Under the pieces are notes generated by a model that was not told where the DNA came from, made no database searches, and was given only the letters and a program-made list of their open reading frames with translations. A DNA stretch of 64,000 nucleotides from assembly GCA_016342495.1 (NCBI GenBank), contig JAEIOG010000011.1, positions 4,330-68,329 on the forward strand, given 5' to 3'. Each line of letters starts with the position of its first letter. Positions within the stretch are counted from its first letter, which is position 1. Of this stretch, positions 1 to 10,616 are shown one piece after another. Position numbers and translations under genes: made by a program. The stretch comes from Phycisphaerae bacterium (GTDB lineage Bacteria; Planctomycetota; Phycisphaerae; Sedimentisphaerales; SM23-30).

Positions 1-2
1 TT

Positions 3-902
3 GGGACATTATTGGGTGATGAAACTCCTGCTGTTTATGGCCAGGTAGGCATTATTCCGGAAATGACCGATATTGAAGTGCAGATTCGATGGCCCGATAT
101 GGCCTCTGGCAGAACTTTTAATATTAAAGCTATGCGGGATAAAAAAATGAGTGCTTCATTAGTATATTCTGCGATTATAGGGGCCCTAAGCTATCGAGGT
201 GAGCTTTTTCCGGAAGTAACTCTTGAATACGAGGTCAAAGCCCAGTTTGATGGTGCCGCAGATATGGTATGCAAAGGTGTCGCCGACAGCACTTTTATTT
301 TAAGGAATGATATTTCTTCATCGATAGCGTTGATTTTGAATAATCCATTTAAGCCTGTCAAACTGGATAAGGTCGAAGTTAAAATCACCCTGATTAATAA
401 AAACTCAGGCGTTTCAATAGTATATGCTGATATTGATAAAACGCAATATGCTCCAGGTGAGACGGTCAGGACCAAGGTGAAATTAAAAGGAGACCGACAG
501 GGCGAAAAAGAATTTTCGGTCGAATTGAAACTTCCTGCTGATTTGCCTAATGGAAAATATAAAATTTCAATAGGCAATTCCGCTGGCTACCAACGAATGC
601 TTGATACTTATCAAAAAGCCCTTGATTCAGCTTTTGACCTGTCAGATATTACACAAGTTCTTAATCGCAGATTTGAGCTTAAACGGGATGATTTATATAT
701 TTCGATGGCTTTGCCTAAGCAGGGTTATACATTGAAGGATAAACAGCTGCCATCACTTCCGGCAAGCAAGGCGGCAATGCTTATGGATAGCCGACGTCAG
801 ATGCCTGTGGGTAAATATCAGGAAGTTATCGTAAACAGCATCCCGACAGATTTGCTGATTAAAGGATCGCTGGAATATGAAATAACGGTTAGTGATAAAT
901 AA
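3..902 (+). CDS. hypothetical protein, C-terminal part (5' end outside window)
   Basis: The reading frame is open from the window edge, with no stop between nt 3 and the listed TTG at 12. The sequence is beta-rich and has no motif I can name. A hairpin plus T-run follows it. Confidence 0.6.
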   Translation, partial: GTLLGDETPAVYGQVGIIPEMTDIEVQIRWPDMASGRTFNIKAMRDKKMSASLVYSAIIGALSYRGELFPEVTLEYEVKAQFDGAADMVCKGVADSTFILRNDISSSIALILNNPFKPVKLDKVEVKITLINKNSGVSIVYADIDKTQYAPGETVRTKVKLKGDRQGEKEFSVELKLPADLPNGKYKISIGNSAGYQRMLDTYQKALDSAFDLSDITQVLNRRFELKRDDLYISMALPKQGYTLKDKQLPSLPASKAAMLMDSRRQMPVGKYQEVIVNSIPTDLLIKGSLEYEITVSDK

Positions 903-904
903 AA

Positions 905-934
905 GGTCAGCCAAAAAAAATGGCCGACCTTTTA
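905..934 (+). terminator. rho-independent terminator
   Basis: The stem is GGTCAGCCA / TGGCCGACC (one mismatch) with an A7 loop, followed by TTTT. Confidence 0.7.
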
Positions 935-1143
935 TGGAGAGGGAAAGTTAACGATTCTCTGACCAGAAACATGCCAAAGCATCAGCTGTCAGCATGTTTG
1001 CTTGCTATCAAGGAGAATGAAATACTGTTTTTTTGTTATTTCTGTTCTTTTTTAATCTCTATATAAGTATAGCAGTCAAAAAACGAGTTGGGCAGAAAAA
1101 ATGAAAAAAATATGGCTTGCCTTTTTTCAAGGTATTGCCTGAT

Positions 1144-1152
1144 TGTTATAAT
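1144..1152 (+). promoter_or_regulatory. extended -10 promoter element (TGTTATAAT)
   Basis: This is a TGnTATAAT match 22 nt upstream of ATG 1175. Confidence 0.45.
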
Positions 1153-1174
1153 CGTTAGAATTGGAATTATAAAA

Positions 1175-1894
1175 ATGAAATCACACTCACTATTATTTAT
1201 GTTATTTTTATTCACCGGTTGTTTTTCTGTCTCAAAACCAATGCCAGAGCCTAAACAATTATCCCAGGAAGCTGTCGATGCTCAGCGGATGATAACGGTC
1301 AGTGAAACTACACTGGCACCGGTCTATGGCCCTTTGGCTCAGCAAATAGTTGATAATTATAATTTAGCGGATAATGAATCTATTGGCATCGATCTGGGCA
1401 GCGGTCCGGGATCGTTGATTATCGAATTATGTAAACGTACAAAAATGCACTGGGTTAATGCTGATATTAATCCCTGCTTTTTTGACTATTTTATGCAACT
1501 GGCCAGCAAAAATGGTTTTGATAATCGAGTTAGTTCCATCTATGCCGATGCCTGTGATTTGCCGTTTAAGGATAATTATGCCTCTGTTATTGTTTCGCGG
1601 GGTTCATATCATTTCTGGCCTGATAAGCCTAAAGCGTTTAGCGAAATTTACCGGGTATTAAAGCCCGGAGGGGTGGCTTTTATAGGCCGGGGATTTGCGA
1701 CGAATTTTCCGATTCCGGCAGCTAAAAAAATACGAAATGCTCAAAAGAAAATGAATTATGATATTGAGAAGGCAGTTGAACAGCTGCATGATATTATGAA
1801 ACAACTCGGTATTAAACAATATCGAATACGCGTGCCATTGACTGGCAAGGCTGATAAAATAAATTATGGCCTTTGGGTTGAGATTAGAAAATGA
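1175..1894 (+). CDS. class I SAM-dependent methyltransferase with lipoprotein-like N-terminus
   Basis: This is ORF 1088-1894; I prefer ATG 1175, which lies 22 nt after a TGTTATAAT extended -10. It has motif I IDLGSGPGS and VLKPGGVAFIG. The N-terminus MKSHSLLFMLFLFTGC resembles a lipobox signal. Confidence 0.75.
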   Translation: MKSHSLLFMLFLFTGCFSVSKPMPEPKQLSQEAVDAQRMITVSETTLAPVYGPLAQQIVDNYNLADNESIGIDLGSGPGSLIIELCKRTKMHWVNADINPCFFDYFMQLASKNGFDNRVSSIYADACDLPFKDNYASVIVSRGSYHFWPDKPKAFSEIYRVLKPGGVAFIGRGFATNFPIPAAKKIRNAQKKMNYDIEKAVEQLHDIMKQLGIKQYRIRVPLTGKADKINYGLWVEIRK

Positions 1895-1954
1895 GTGAGA
1901 TAGAGAGTAAGAGGCGGTGTCGCTTCGCGACGAGAATTATTATGGAATTATAAA

Positions 1955-2761
1955 ATGAATAAAAAGTATAAACTGGGTTTTTGTGGATTTGGCAAGATGG
2001 CTTCAGCTATTTTGAATTCAATTGTGTCGGCGGGTTTGATTTTGCCGGATGAGGTGTGTTTTTTCTCGCCACGATATGCTGATGGTTCGCTGTCAAATGA
2101 AACTGATTTTAACCTGGTAAAATCCAATGCCGAGGTTTTCGCAAATAGTGATATTGTGTTTCTTGGCTTTAAGCCCCAGAATTTTCCTGATGCTATCGAA
2201 GGTATCAAAGCCCATGATGAGCAGCTGGTTGTTTCGATTATGGCTGGTGTCAAGATCGCTGACATCGAAGCTCAAGTCGGCGGTCAGGTGGTTCGGGTTA
2301 TGCCTAATATTTGCTGCCTGGTGGGGCATTTAGCCGGAGCGATTACCTTTGGCCATAACGTTAGCGTCATGGGAGCGTTAGCTGTTCGAAATCTTATCGG
2401 TATTGGCGGTGTGGTTGTCGAAGTGTCAGAAGATGAACTGGAAGAAGCAACCGGTATCAGCGGTTCTGGTCCGGCATTTGTCGCTTATCTGGTTGAAAGT
2501 TTTATTCAGGCTGGAATAGCTGCGGGTATGGATCGTGAAATAGCAAAATCACTTACCTTAAAAACCTTTGCTGGCACTGCTGAGCTTTTGATGAAAACTG
2601 ATATTACCACTGGCCAGCTAATTGACATGGTGTCATCTCCAAATGGAACAACTGTTGCGGGACGCAGCGTTCTAGAGCCATCAGATGTCAGAGAAACATT
2701 AAAACAAACCATCGCTAAAGCAATTCAGCGCAGCAAAGAGTTAGGACAGAGAAATTGTTAG
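1955..2761 (+). CDS. proC: pyrroline-5-carboxylate reductase
   Basis: The 268-aa product has Rossmann GFCGFGKMASAI, FLGFKPQ, VRVMPN, GSGPAFV and SSPNGTTVAG, a full-length ProC pattern. Confidence 0.9.
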   Translation: MNKKYKLGFCGFGKMASAILNSIVSAGLILPDEVCFFSPRYADGSLSNETDFNLVKSNAEVFANSDIVFLGFKPQNFPDAIEGIKAHDEQLVVSIMAGVKIADIEAQVGGQVVRVMPNICCLVGHLAGAITFGHNVSVMGALAVRNLIGIGGVVVEVSEDELEEATGISGSGPAFVAYLVESFIQAGIAAGMDREIAKSLTLKTFAGTAELLMKTDITTGQLIDMVSSPNGTTVAGRSVLEPSDVRETLKQTIAKAIQRSKELGQRNC

Positions 2762-3624
2762 CATTTAGCGAAAATGAAATAATTGGTGTGATTAATATCC
2801 TCTGGTATATCGCGGGTATATCGATATTGATAGGGTGGTTTAAGTCTGGTGGCAATAAAAACGTTGGCCAGACAATTAGTCATAGCTTAGCCGATGAAGA
2901 TATGATAGCTGTCGTATTGGGGTTTTTGTTTGCGAGTTTTGCGATTGCTAAAATCTCTGGTGAAAACCCGGGTGTTAATAATTATATTGGGATGATAGTT
3001 GTCAAAATAGCTTTTTGTATAGCGGCATTGTTTTTTGTCGGGAAGAGATTTAAGGCAGGGCTGGTGGGTTTTGGCTTTGCCGGTCAAAAAATAATTCCCA
3101 CGGTATTGCAAACTATAAAGCATTTATTTGTGGTGTTGGCGGTAATGAACCTGGTTTTGACAGCTACTGTCGCCATTGCTGAAAAATTTGGTTTCCCCAT
3201 ACAGGAACATGCCGCACTGGATCAATTAAGAAATGCAGGGCCTGATCTTAAAATTGCGATGGTTTTTGCCATTGTGGTATTTACACCTTTGTTTGAAGAG
3301 ATACTTTTTCGAGGAATATTACAGAATTATATGATAAGCAGTGTCCGCAGGGCCAGGCAGACTTTATGTTCTTATAATAAAGATTTGGGGCTCTTCGTCG
3401 AAAACCATGTTGTTGACAGTTGGGTAGGTATAATTATAACTTCGGTTTTATTTGCGATAGTTCACGCAGATATTCAGCATTGGCCGGCTTTGATAGTCCT
3501 TAGTATGGGCTTTGGCTATTGCTATCAGAAAAATAGAAATATATGGTGTCCCATTTTGATGCATGCCTTGTTCAATGGCAGTGTAGTTGCTTTGAATTTG
3601 TTAAATGTTTCAGCGGGGAATTAA
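2755..3624 (+). CDS. CPBP family intramembrane glutamic endopeptidase (CAAX protease-like)
   Basis: This is a multi-pass membrane protein with the motifs EEILFRG, FAIVHA and HALFNG. The TTG start overlaps the proC stop by 7 nt, so the start is uncertain. Confidence 0.8.
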   Translation: MLAFSENEIIGVINILWYIAGISILIGWFKSGGNKNVGQTISHSLADEDMIAVVLGFLFASFAIAKISGENPGVNNYIGMIVVKIAFCIAALFFVGKRFKAGLVGFGFAGQKIIPTVLQTIKHLFVVLAVMNLVLTATVAIAEKFGFPIQEHAALDQLRNAGPDLKIAMVFAIVVFTPLFEEILFRGILQNYMISSVRRARQTLCSYNKDLGLFVENHVVDSWVGIIITSVLFAIVHADIQHWPALIVLSMGFGYCYQKNRNIWCPILMHALFNGSVVALNLLNVSAGN

Positions 3625-3641
3625 TTACAAGGAAATGAATA

Positions 3642-5201
3642 ATGAAAAACGGAATAATTCAACGTCGTGATTTCTTGAAGTTTTCAGCAGCATTAGGAAC
3701 TATGTGTCTTTCGGGATGTTCTGCTGCAAGTTTTTTAGCTAAGCCTGATAAAAAACCAAATATAATATTTATTTTAGCGGATGACCTAGGCTATGGCGAT
3801 GTTTCCTGTTGTAACCCGGGGTCAAAGATCAATACGGTTCATATGGATAAGATTGCCGCAGAAGGTATGCTTTTTACCGATGCTCATAGTGGTTCTGCGG
3901 TTTGTACGCCAACTCGATATGGCGTTTTGTCAGGCCGTTACAGTTGGCGAACTCATTTGCAAAATGGTGTCTTCTGGGGCTATCAGAAAGCCCTTATTAC
4001 TCCTGACAGGCTTAATGTTGCGTCGTTGCTGAAACAGAATGGCTACAATACCGGATGTGTCGGTAAATGGCATATTGGTTGGGATTGGGCCCTAAAAGAT
4101 GGTTATATGCCATTTGACCAGAAAGATGGACCTAAGCCTTCAGATGTCGATTTTACCAAACCTTTTACCAATGGCCCGACTGATATAGGTTTTGATTATT
4201 ATTATGGAATTCGGGCATCGCTGGATATGCATCCTTATACATTTATCGAAAATGATCATTGTGTCGAATTGCCAACCGAAAATAAGGCTTTGTATGGCAA
4301 TCGAAAAGGCCCGGCAGGTCCAAACTTTAAATTTATTGATGTTTTGCCCAGATTCACTGAAAAAGCAGTGGGTTTCATAGATCAGCAGGCAAAGCAGGAT
4401 GAGCCATTCTTTTTGTATCTGCCGCTTAATTCGCCACATACGCCAATTGCACCGTCGAAAGAATTCCAAGGCAAAAGCGGTATAGGTGATTATGGTGATT
4501 TTGTGTTGCAGACAGATGATACCATTGGCCAGATAACCGCTGCTCTTGATAGAAATGGTATAAACGATAATACCCTTATAATCGTTACCAGTGATAATGG
4601 CTGTTCACCAGCAGCAAATCTTAAAAATCTGACCAAACATGGGCATGACCCCAATTATATATATCGAGGCTATAAGGCGGATATTTATGATGGTGGTCAT
4701 CGTATACCATTTATCGCTCGCTGGCCCGGAAAGGTTAAAGCCAAAACCATCTGCGATGATACAATCTGTCTTACGAATCTGATTGCAACCTGTGCTGACA
4801 TTGTTGGAACGAAATTGCCTGACAATGCAGCAGAAGACAGCTTCAGCATTTTGCCCGACTTATTAGGCATAGCAACAGAGCCGACACATGAAGCGGTTGT
4901 ACATCATTCTATTAGTGGTGCATTTGCTATACGGCAAGGTAAGTGGAAACTGGAATTATGCCCAGGTTCTGGTGGCTGGTCTGCTCCGTTGCCAAATCAA
5001 GCGAAAAAGCAGGGTTTACCACCAATTCAGCTATATAACATAGAATCAGATACTGAAGAAAAGAATAATTTGTATCTTCAACATCCAGAAGTGGTAAATC
5101 GCCTGACCGATTTAATGCAAAAATATATAACCAATGGCCGCAGTCGCCCCGGTGTAATCGTTAAAAACGATACAGAGATTTTGTTTTATAAGAATAAGTG
5201 A
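3642..5201 (+). CDS. arylsulfatase-family sulfatase (Tat signal, lipobox)
   Basis: It has an RRDFLKF twin-arginine signal and a LSGC lipobox. DDLGYGD, the formylglycine signature CTPTRYGVLSGR and GKWH are present. Confidence 0.9.
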   Translation: MKNGIIQRRDFLKFSAALGTMCLSGCSAASFLAKPDKKPNIIFILADDLGYGDVSCCNPGSKINTVHMDKIAAEGMLFTDAHSGSAVCTPTRYGVLSGRYSWRTHLQNGVFWGYQKALITPDRLNVASLLKQNGYNTGCVGKWHIGWDWALKDGYMPFDQKDGPKPSDVDFTKPFTNGPTDIGFDYYYGIRASLDMHPYTFIENDHCVELPTENKALYGNRKGPAGPNFKFIDVLPRFTEKAVGFIDQQAKQDEPFFLYLPLNSPHTPIAPSKEFQGKSGIGDYGDFVLQTDDTIGQITAALDRNGINDNTLIIVTSDNGCSPAANLKNLTKHGHDPNYIYRGYKADIYDGGHRIPFIARWPGKVKAKTICDDTICLTNLIATCADIVGTKLPDNAAEDSFSILPDLLGIATEPTHEAVVHHSISGAFAIRQGKWKLELCPGSGGWSAPLPNQAKKQGLPPIQLYNIESDTEEKNNLYLQHPEVVNRLTDLMQKYITNGRSRPGVIVKNDTEILFYKNK

Positions 5202-5228
5202 TAACGCTATCTGTTACAGGGAAATATA

Positions 5229-5264
5229 AAAACGTGGCAAAAGCATTTTTTGTCACGTTTTTTT
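5229..5264 (+). terminator. rho-independent terminator
   Basis: The stem is AAAACGTGGCAAAA / TTTTGTCACGTTTT (one G:U pair), followed by a T-run, directly after the sulfatase gene. Confidence 0.75.
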
Positions 5265-6050
5265 ATGCGCGCAGATGGTTATCGGATGGTTTAAACCGTA
5301 AAAGCCGCAAATGCGGGTTATTGGCCATTAAGGTCGGCAATGTAGGATGTTTCTGCAGGCAGGGCAGATATTTGCGGGTTTGGCTATTCTAACGATTATT
5401 ACCTTGAAACTTTTTGTTTAAGTAGCGGGCTTTCGTGCTTTTTTAACTAAAAAACGGTATTTTCATTCATTAGTGTATATTTTGAAGATAGCACTTGGTC
5501 TGATTATTCAGTCTGGGCAATTCTTACTATACTAATAATGCTATGATTATTGGTCATTAGCTTATTTTCAGCCTGAAAATGCGGTTTTTCATATAAGTCA
5601 GTAAATCCTATTAGTTAATCAATAATTAGTACCGATAACTCTGAGGTTTTCAAATCAAAAACGCATTTACGTCCCATAATTAGAAGTGATGCAAAAAAAC
5701 AACAAAAATTTTCTCAAAAACATAATCGATACAATCGATACATTTACCCTAACTTAACAATCTTTAAGATTTTATACCTGTTTTTGCTACATGTTCGAGG
5801 GTTTGTGCAGTCTGTCCGGTTGAAAAGTTCGAAATCTACGTTTTCAGTATAGATAATGCAATTTTGCTAATTAAGCTGGGCCCATTGCACGTCGATATGT
5901 TTTGTGGAAAGAAAATAACGAACTGACCCCCATTAGATTTTCCGCTTTCATCATAACTGATGAAGATTAGGCAAGAGTAAATACTTTGAACTTTAGCCTG
6001 GAAAACTAAAAATATAATGATTGCTAATGCAATCGGAGGAGAAACTGCTG

Positions 6051-7745
6051 ATGAGCTACATGTTAGAATTATTAGGAAGAGGGCTGGACTCTACTTTGAT
6101 GTCATTAGTATTGCCTTATGCTGTACCATTGTCAGCCGACCAGGTTGAAATGCTGGAAGAGTCATTGGTTAATGACCCGGGTCACATAGCTAATTGTCTC
6201 AGGCTGGCAATACATTATGCCCAGGCTGGTGTTTCTGAAAAGGCGGAAAATTTATTTCACCGATTGCTGAAACAGCACCCCGATCATTTGGATGCTCATC
6301 TGGCGTGGGCTGCTATGCATGATTCCGCTGGCGATGTCGATAAGGCAATGCATAGACTTGAACAGATCAATGAAAAACAACAATATGACTCACGTGTGAT
6401 GTTTAGTGTTGGCTATTGCCATGAACGCAAAGGTCAAATAGATCAATCTTTGGAATGTTATGCTAAAGGACTATCTGGCAAACCTTATATGCGAAACATT
6501 CGTGAGCGTATTGCAGCGATTGAGTTGTATCGTGGTAATTACAGTAAAACTATCGAACAGCTCCATACATTGCTTAGAGATCATCCAGAAGATGTTTGGC
6601 TGTATCTTGTGCTTGGCCAGCTTTTGCTCCAAACCGAGCAATATGAAGAAGCAATCAATGTTTTTGAGAAATCATTGATGATTGAGCCTGATAACTTCGA
6701 TTCTCATGATGATAAAATTGACCAGCTTGCCCATGACGGTCAGCTGAGCCAGGCAATAGAATTATTAATGAAAAGAATTAATGATGAAAGAGGTAATTTT
6801 CCGGATTCATATATTCGACTTGGTGACTTATATAGCCAAATGAGTGATGATCAGGCGGCAGTCCAGCATTATCAACATGCTATGGAAATTCATCCAGGCA
6901 ACCTGGAAGCTACCGTTAAACTTGGTACCCAGCACATGCGTATGCAACGTTTTGTCGAGGCCGCTGCGATGTTCAGCAGTGCCGTTGAGATTAATGATCG
7001 GGTGATCGCTGCTTATGTTGGTCTGGGCGTCGCACAACAGCGTGCTGGTATGACAAAACTGGCAGAGGATACCTTTGATCTGGCTTCTGCTTTGGAACCT
7101 AATACAAATCTGTTGGCTGCTGAAATGAACCGCTTACAGATGAAGGTGACTGTCGCTCAAAATCAAAATTATGGTTATGAAGGCGATATCATGGATACGC
7201 CACAAAATGAAAAGGAATTCGAAGATTTACTTTCGATCCAGATAGCTCGCCACAAACGTGCCCTGCAGCGAAACCCGCGTCAGGCAGATACACATTACTA
7301 TTATGCTATTTTGCTAAAAGGCAAAGGTGATGTGCAAGAAGCGGCAATGCATCTGGTTAAAGCCTTGGAAATCAACCCTGCTTTTCAAAAAGCAGGGATA
7401 AAGCTTGGCCTGGCATTACGTGATATGGGTCAAAAAGATAAAGCCTTAGAACAGTTCAGGCAATCGATGGCCGTTGATGCTGAGCATTGCGAACTGCATT
7501 ACAAGCTGGGTTTGATGTATTGTGACCGGATTCAGTTTGCCTTGGCAGTAGAGCATTTTCAGGACAATGCCAGTGATGACCCGCAGGCAGATATTCATTC
7601 TAACCTGACATTGGCATTGCAGAATATGGCCTTAGTCGACAGGGCGGCGGCTTCCTGGCGTGCTATTTGTGAACTGGAACCTCAAAGTACAATGGCATTC
7701 CAGGCACAAAGAGCGATATGTACTGTTAAACCTTATATGATATGA
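6051..7745 (+). CDS. tetratricopeptide (TPR) repeat protein
   Basis: This is ORF 6021-7745; ATG 6051 lies 9 nt after GGAGGAG. It contains many 34-aa TPR-like units (A..Y...L...P....A...LG). Confidence 0.75.
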   Translation: MSYMLELLGRGLDSTLMSLVLPYAVPLSADQVEMLEESLVNDPGHIANCLRLAIHYAQAGVSEKAENLFHRLLKQHPDHLDAHLAWAAMHDSAGDVDKAMHRLEQINEKQQYDSRVMFSVGYCHERKGQIDQSLECYAKGLSGKPYMRNIRERIAAIELYRGNYSKTIEQLHTLLRDHPEDVWLYLVLGQLLLQTEQYEEAINVFEKSLMIEPDNFDSHDDKIDQLAHDGQLSQAIELLMKRINDERGNFPDSYIRLGDLYSQMSDDQAAVQHYQHAMEIHPGNLEATVKLGTQHMRMQRFVEAAAMFSSAVEINDRVIAAYVGLGVAQQRAGMTKLAEDTFDLASALEPNTNLLAAEMNRLQMKVTVAQNQNYGYEGDIMDTPQNEKEFEDLLSIQIARHKRALQRNPRQADTHYYYAILLKGKGDVQEAAMHLVKALEINPAFQKAGIKLGLALRDMGQKDKALEQFRQSMAVDAEHCELHYKLGLMYCDRIQFALAVEHFQDNASDDPQADIHSNLTLALQNMALVDRAAASWRAICELEPQSTMAFQAQRAICTVKPYMI

Positions 7746-7782
7746 TTTTTTGTACTCTTCATATCAGCAATATTTTTGTTGC

Positions 7783-7825
7783 AAGCCTGTTATTATCTGT
7801 TTATGATGATGTCAGGCTTTTTTTA
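7783..7825 (+). terminator. probable rho-independent terminator
   Basis: The stem is AAGCCTG / CAGGCTT with a large loop, followed by T7. Confidence 0.5.
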
Positions 7826-7855
7826 ACTCATTTTATTATAATAAAGGCGTAAAAA

Positions 7856-10429
7856 ATGTTCAAACGTATACTTGCAATTACTATTGCCACATTGGTTGCC
7901 CATACTGCTGTTTTTGCTTCTGCATCAGATGATGCTCAGTATTTTTATTCGCTGGCTCGAGACCAGTGGGTACCGGTGCAAATCCAAAGTCAGGCTGGTA
8001 TTGATATGAAAATGACTCCTGAACAGGCAAATAAACGCCTGGGAAGGGCTTGTTTGTACCTGGAGGTGGCTGCTGAGAAGGATCCTTCTAATCCTGCGAT
8101 TTGGCGTGATCTTTTCACTTTGTATTCTTCAGAAGCTATTGATGACCCTAATGCCGCTCGGGAAGCTTTGGTGAATTATGGCAAATTACAACCTGATGAT
8201 AATCAGCTTGTAAGACAATATATTGCCGATTGTTTAGAACAAAGAAAAAAGGCTGACGAAAAAATAGAATATTTGAAAGAAACCATAGAGGCCACTCAGA
8301 ATTATCCAGAAGTTCAATGTGAAGTTTATTTGATGATTGGCAATTCTATGAAAGAAATGGGAATGCTTAAAAATTCAGTAGATAATGATGGAAAAGATGT
8401 CTATGGCGAAGTCTATTATTATAAAAAGGCATTTGATCTTAATTCTTTTAACCCTGCAGTAATCACTGCTTTGTTGATGGTTTATCCTGAGGATATTAAT
8501 AGTCCTGAATTTTCAGCTAAGGACAGTTATGGTCAGGAAATAATTGTCCCGCAGAAGGAAGCTCTTGAAGCTTTTTATTATCGTTTATTACTTTTTAACA
8601 ATCCTGCTAATCCCACAGCTGCTATGAAATTGATTAATACACTTGTCGCTTATGATCAGCACGAAATAGCTTTGCGTTATTATAATCACGCTATCGGTCT
8701 TGCTTTTAGCCAGTTGCCAGAAGCGGTGGCTGATTTGTACTTGAAATACCAAATCAGCTGTTATTTGGAAGGTATGAACTTGCAGGACTTAATTGCTGAA
8801 ATGTCGCAGAAGGATAATAAGGATGAAATTGAAGTTTTGAAAGAAAACAGCAAGACATTAGCTGAGAACTCTATTGAAATTGCTGATATGCTGTTGAAAG
8901 CTAATCCAGATGATGTTATAGTTTTGGCTATAAAGGCTAAGGTATTAGCTCAGCTTGATAAGAAAGATGAAGAGAAAAAAATAAAAGATAAAATAGATTT
9001 GTTTGCGCAAAAATCTCTGCTTGCCGAGGACAAAGCTAAACAGTCATATATATATCAGGAGTTGACTAGGTATTATTGTTTTGCCAAACCTGATCCTGAA
9101 AAAGCAATGACTTTTGCGGAGGAAAGTTGCAAAATTGCTCCTTCGGCTGAAAATTATGAATTTTTGGCTTATGCCCAGATGCTTAAAGGTCTGGACAAAG
9201 ATGCGTTGACTATGGTAAAAGAAAAAAAACTGGACGAAAAATCCCCTGTTACCGCTTTGATTATTGCTGAAAATCATTGGAAAAATTCAAATCTTCAATC
9301 AGGTGTTGATGCATTGGCTAAAGTCCAGACCTGGGGTTTGCTTTTAGAACAGCGAGATCAATTGATGACAAAACTCCAGCCTGAAAATAAAGAGAATCAA
9401 AGTCAGGCTCTAGCTGCAGAAATGCAGTTAATTCTAGCTGGTAGTTTTGATGACCAGGAATTTGGTATGGCTTTTGAGCCGGAAAAATACATTCGATGTG
9501 CATTAAGCTTAAAAAAAACCAATCTTGTTTTTGGCCAACCAATAATGGCAGAAATATACATAAGCAATCTAAGCAGGACGACAATTACCTTGGGGCAAAA
9601 CTGTATGGTCAATCCAAATATACTTATCGTAGCCCATGCCGAGCCTGTTGCTGACCCCGGTCAGCAGGGTCGCAAACGAGATATTGATAAATACGCTATT
9701 GATGTCCCAGTTTGTTATCGCGGACTGGGATTTAGCCAGTTTCTTGGACCACGAGAAACCATCAAGATCGAAGAATGTTTAAGCATTGGCTTACTTAGAG
9801 AAGCAATGATGAAGTATCCCCAGCAGCGGTGGGAAGTGACTTTCCACGCTTATCTGGACCCGATTGAGTTGGAAGATGGCAAGTATGATGGCCTGATTAA
9901 ACAAATTCAACCCAAACCCGTCAAGCTTTCCCGGTCTGGCATAGCTGTTTCGAGCCAGAAAATGCAATATTATTATCGTTCATGTCAATCTGATTCGCCC
10001 AGAGAGCGTATCGATACTGCTGAGGTATTTGTCGGTTTATTAAAAGAGCAGAAACTCAGCCAAGAGCGTAAATTAAATTATCGTCCTTATAATATTGATT
10101 CAAAAAAAATTAAAGCATTGTTGGCCAAAAACCTGACTGATCCAGAGGCCAATGTCCGGGCAAGAACGTCTTTTGCTTTGGATAATGTGCCGATGGATGC
10201 CCAGCTGGTTGCCAAATTGGCCGCTTTACTGAAGGATGAGGATGCTTTGGTCCGTTTTGCCGCTTTAGATACCCTCAGTGGCGTTGCAGAGCTTTCTGCG
10301 GTTCTGGATTCGATGGCTACGGATGAATCTCCTGTTATAGCCCGTCTTGTCAGGTTGCTACAGGGCCAGCAATTGCCCGAAAAGTTAGAGACTTCTAACT
10401 CACAAGATCAGGAGAAAATTGAGAATTAA
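7856..10429 (+). CDS. secreted TPR/HEAT repeat protein
   Basis: The 857-aa product has a Sec signal (MFKRILAITIATLVAHTAVFASA) and helical repeats. The C-terminus carries HEAT-like units (DPEANVRARTSFAL, DEDALVRFAALDTL). Confidence 0.7.
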   Translation: MFKRILAITIATLVAHTAVFASASDDAQYFYSLARDQWVPVQIQSQAGIDMKMTPEQANKRLGRACLYLEVAAEKDPSNPAIWRDLFTLYSSEAIDDPNAAREALVNYGKLQPDDNQLVRQYIADCLEQRKKADEKIEYLKETIEATQNYPEVQCEVYLMIGNSMKEMGMLKNSVDNDGKDVYGEVYYYKKAFDLNSFNPAVITALLMVYPEDINSPEFSAKDSYGQEIIVPQKEALEAFYYRLLLFNNPANPTAAMKLINTLVAYDQHEIALRYYNHAIGLAFSQLPEAVADLYLKYQISCYLEGMNLQDLIAEMSQKDNKDEIEVLKENSKTLAENSIEIADMLLKANPDDVIVLAIKAKVLAQLDKKDEEKKIKDKIDLFAQKSLLAEDKAKQSYIYQELTRYYCFAKPDPEKAMTFAEESCKIAPSAENYEFLAYAQMLKGLDKDALTMVKEKKLDEKSPVTALIIAENHWKNSNLQSGVDALAKVQTWGLLLEQRDQLMTKLQPENKENQSQALAAEMQLILAGSFDDQEFGMAFEPEKYIRCALSLKKTNLVFGQPIMAEIYISNLSRTTITLGQNCMVNPNILIVAHAEPVADPGQQGRKRDIDKYAIDVPVCYRGLGFSQFLGPRETIKIEECLSIGLLREAMMKYPQQRWEVTFHAYLDPIELEDGKYDGLIKQIQPKPVKLSRSGIAVSSQKMQYYYRSCQSDSPRERIDTAEVFVGLLKEQKLSQERKLNYRPYNIDSKKIKALLAKNLTDPEANVRARTSFALDNVPMDAQLVAKLAALLKDEDALVRFAALDTLSGVAELSAVLDSMATDESPVIARLVRLLQGQQLPEKLETSNSQDQEKIEN

Positions 10430-10616
10430 TACCGATTTATGGCCTGTAATCAATGTTTTTAATTTTTTTTTTAATTTTTTAAAAACAATAATTGACATTT
10501 GTCCTGATTTAGGCTCTTAATTATGAAACTCTTTATCGTAAAGGAGTTTAACGAAAGCATAAATTTGTTTTCGTGAGTTATTTTAACAGTATTAATTTTT
10601 TAATTCTGGAGGCAAT

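Noticed and set aside
5198-5392. A 64-aa plus-strand ORF after the sulfatase gene.
   Set aside because: It overlaps the sulfatase stop and reads through the intrinsic terminator hairpin. Its composition is basic and odd, and there is no RBS.
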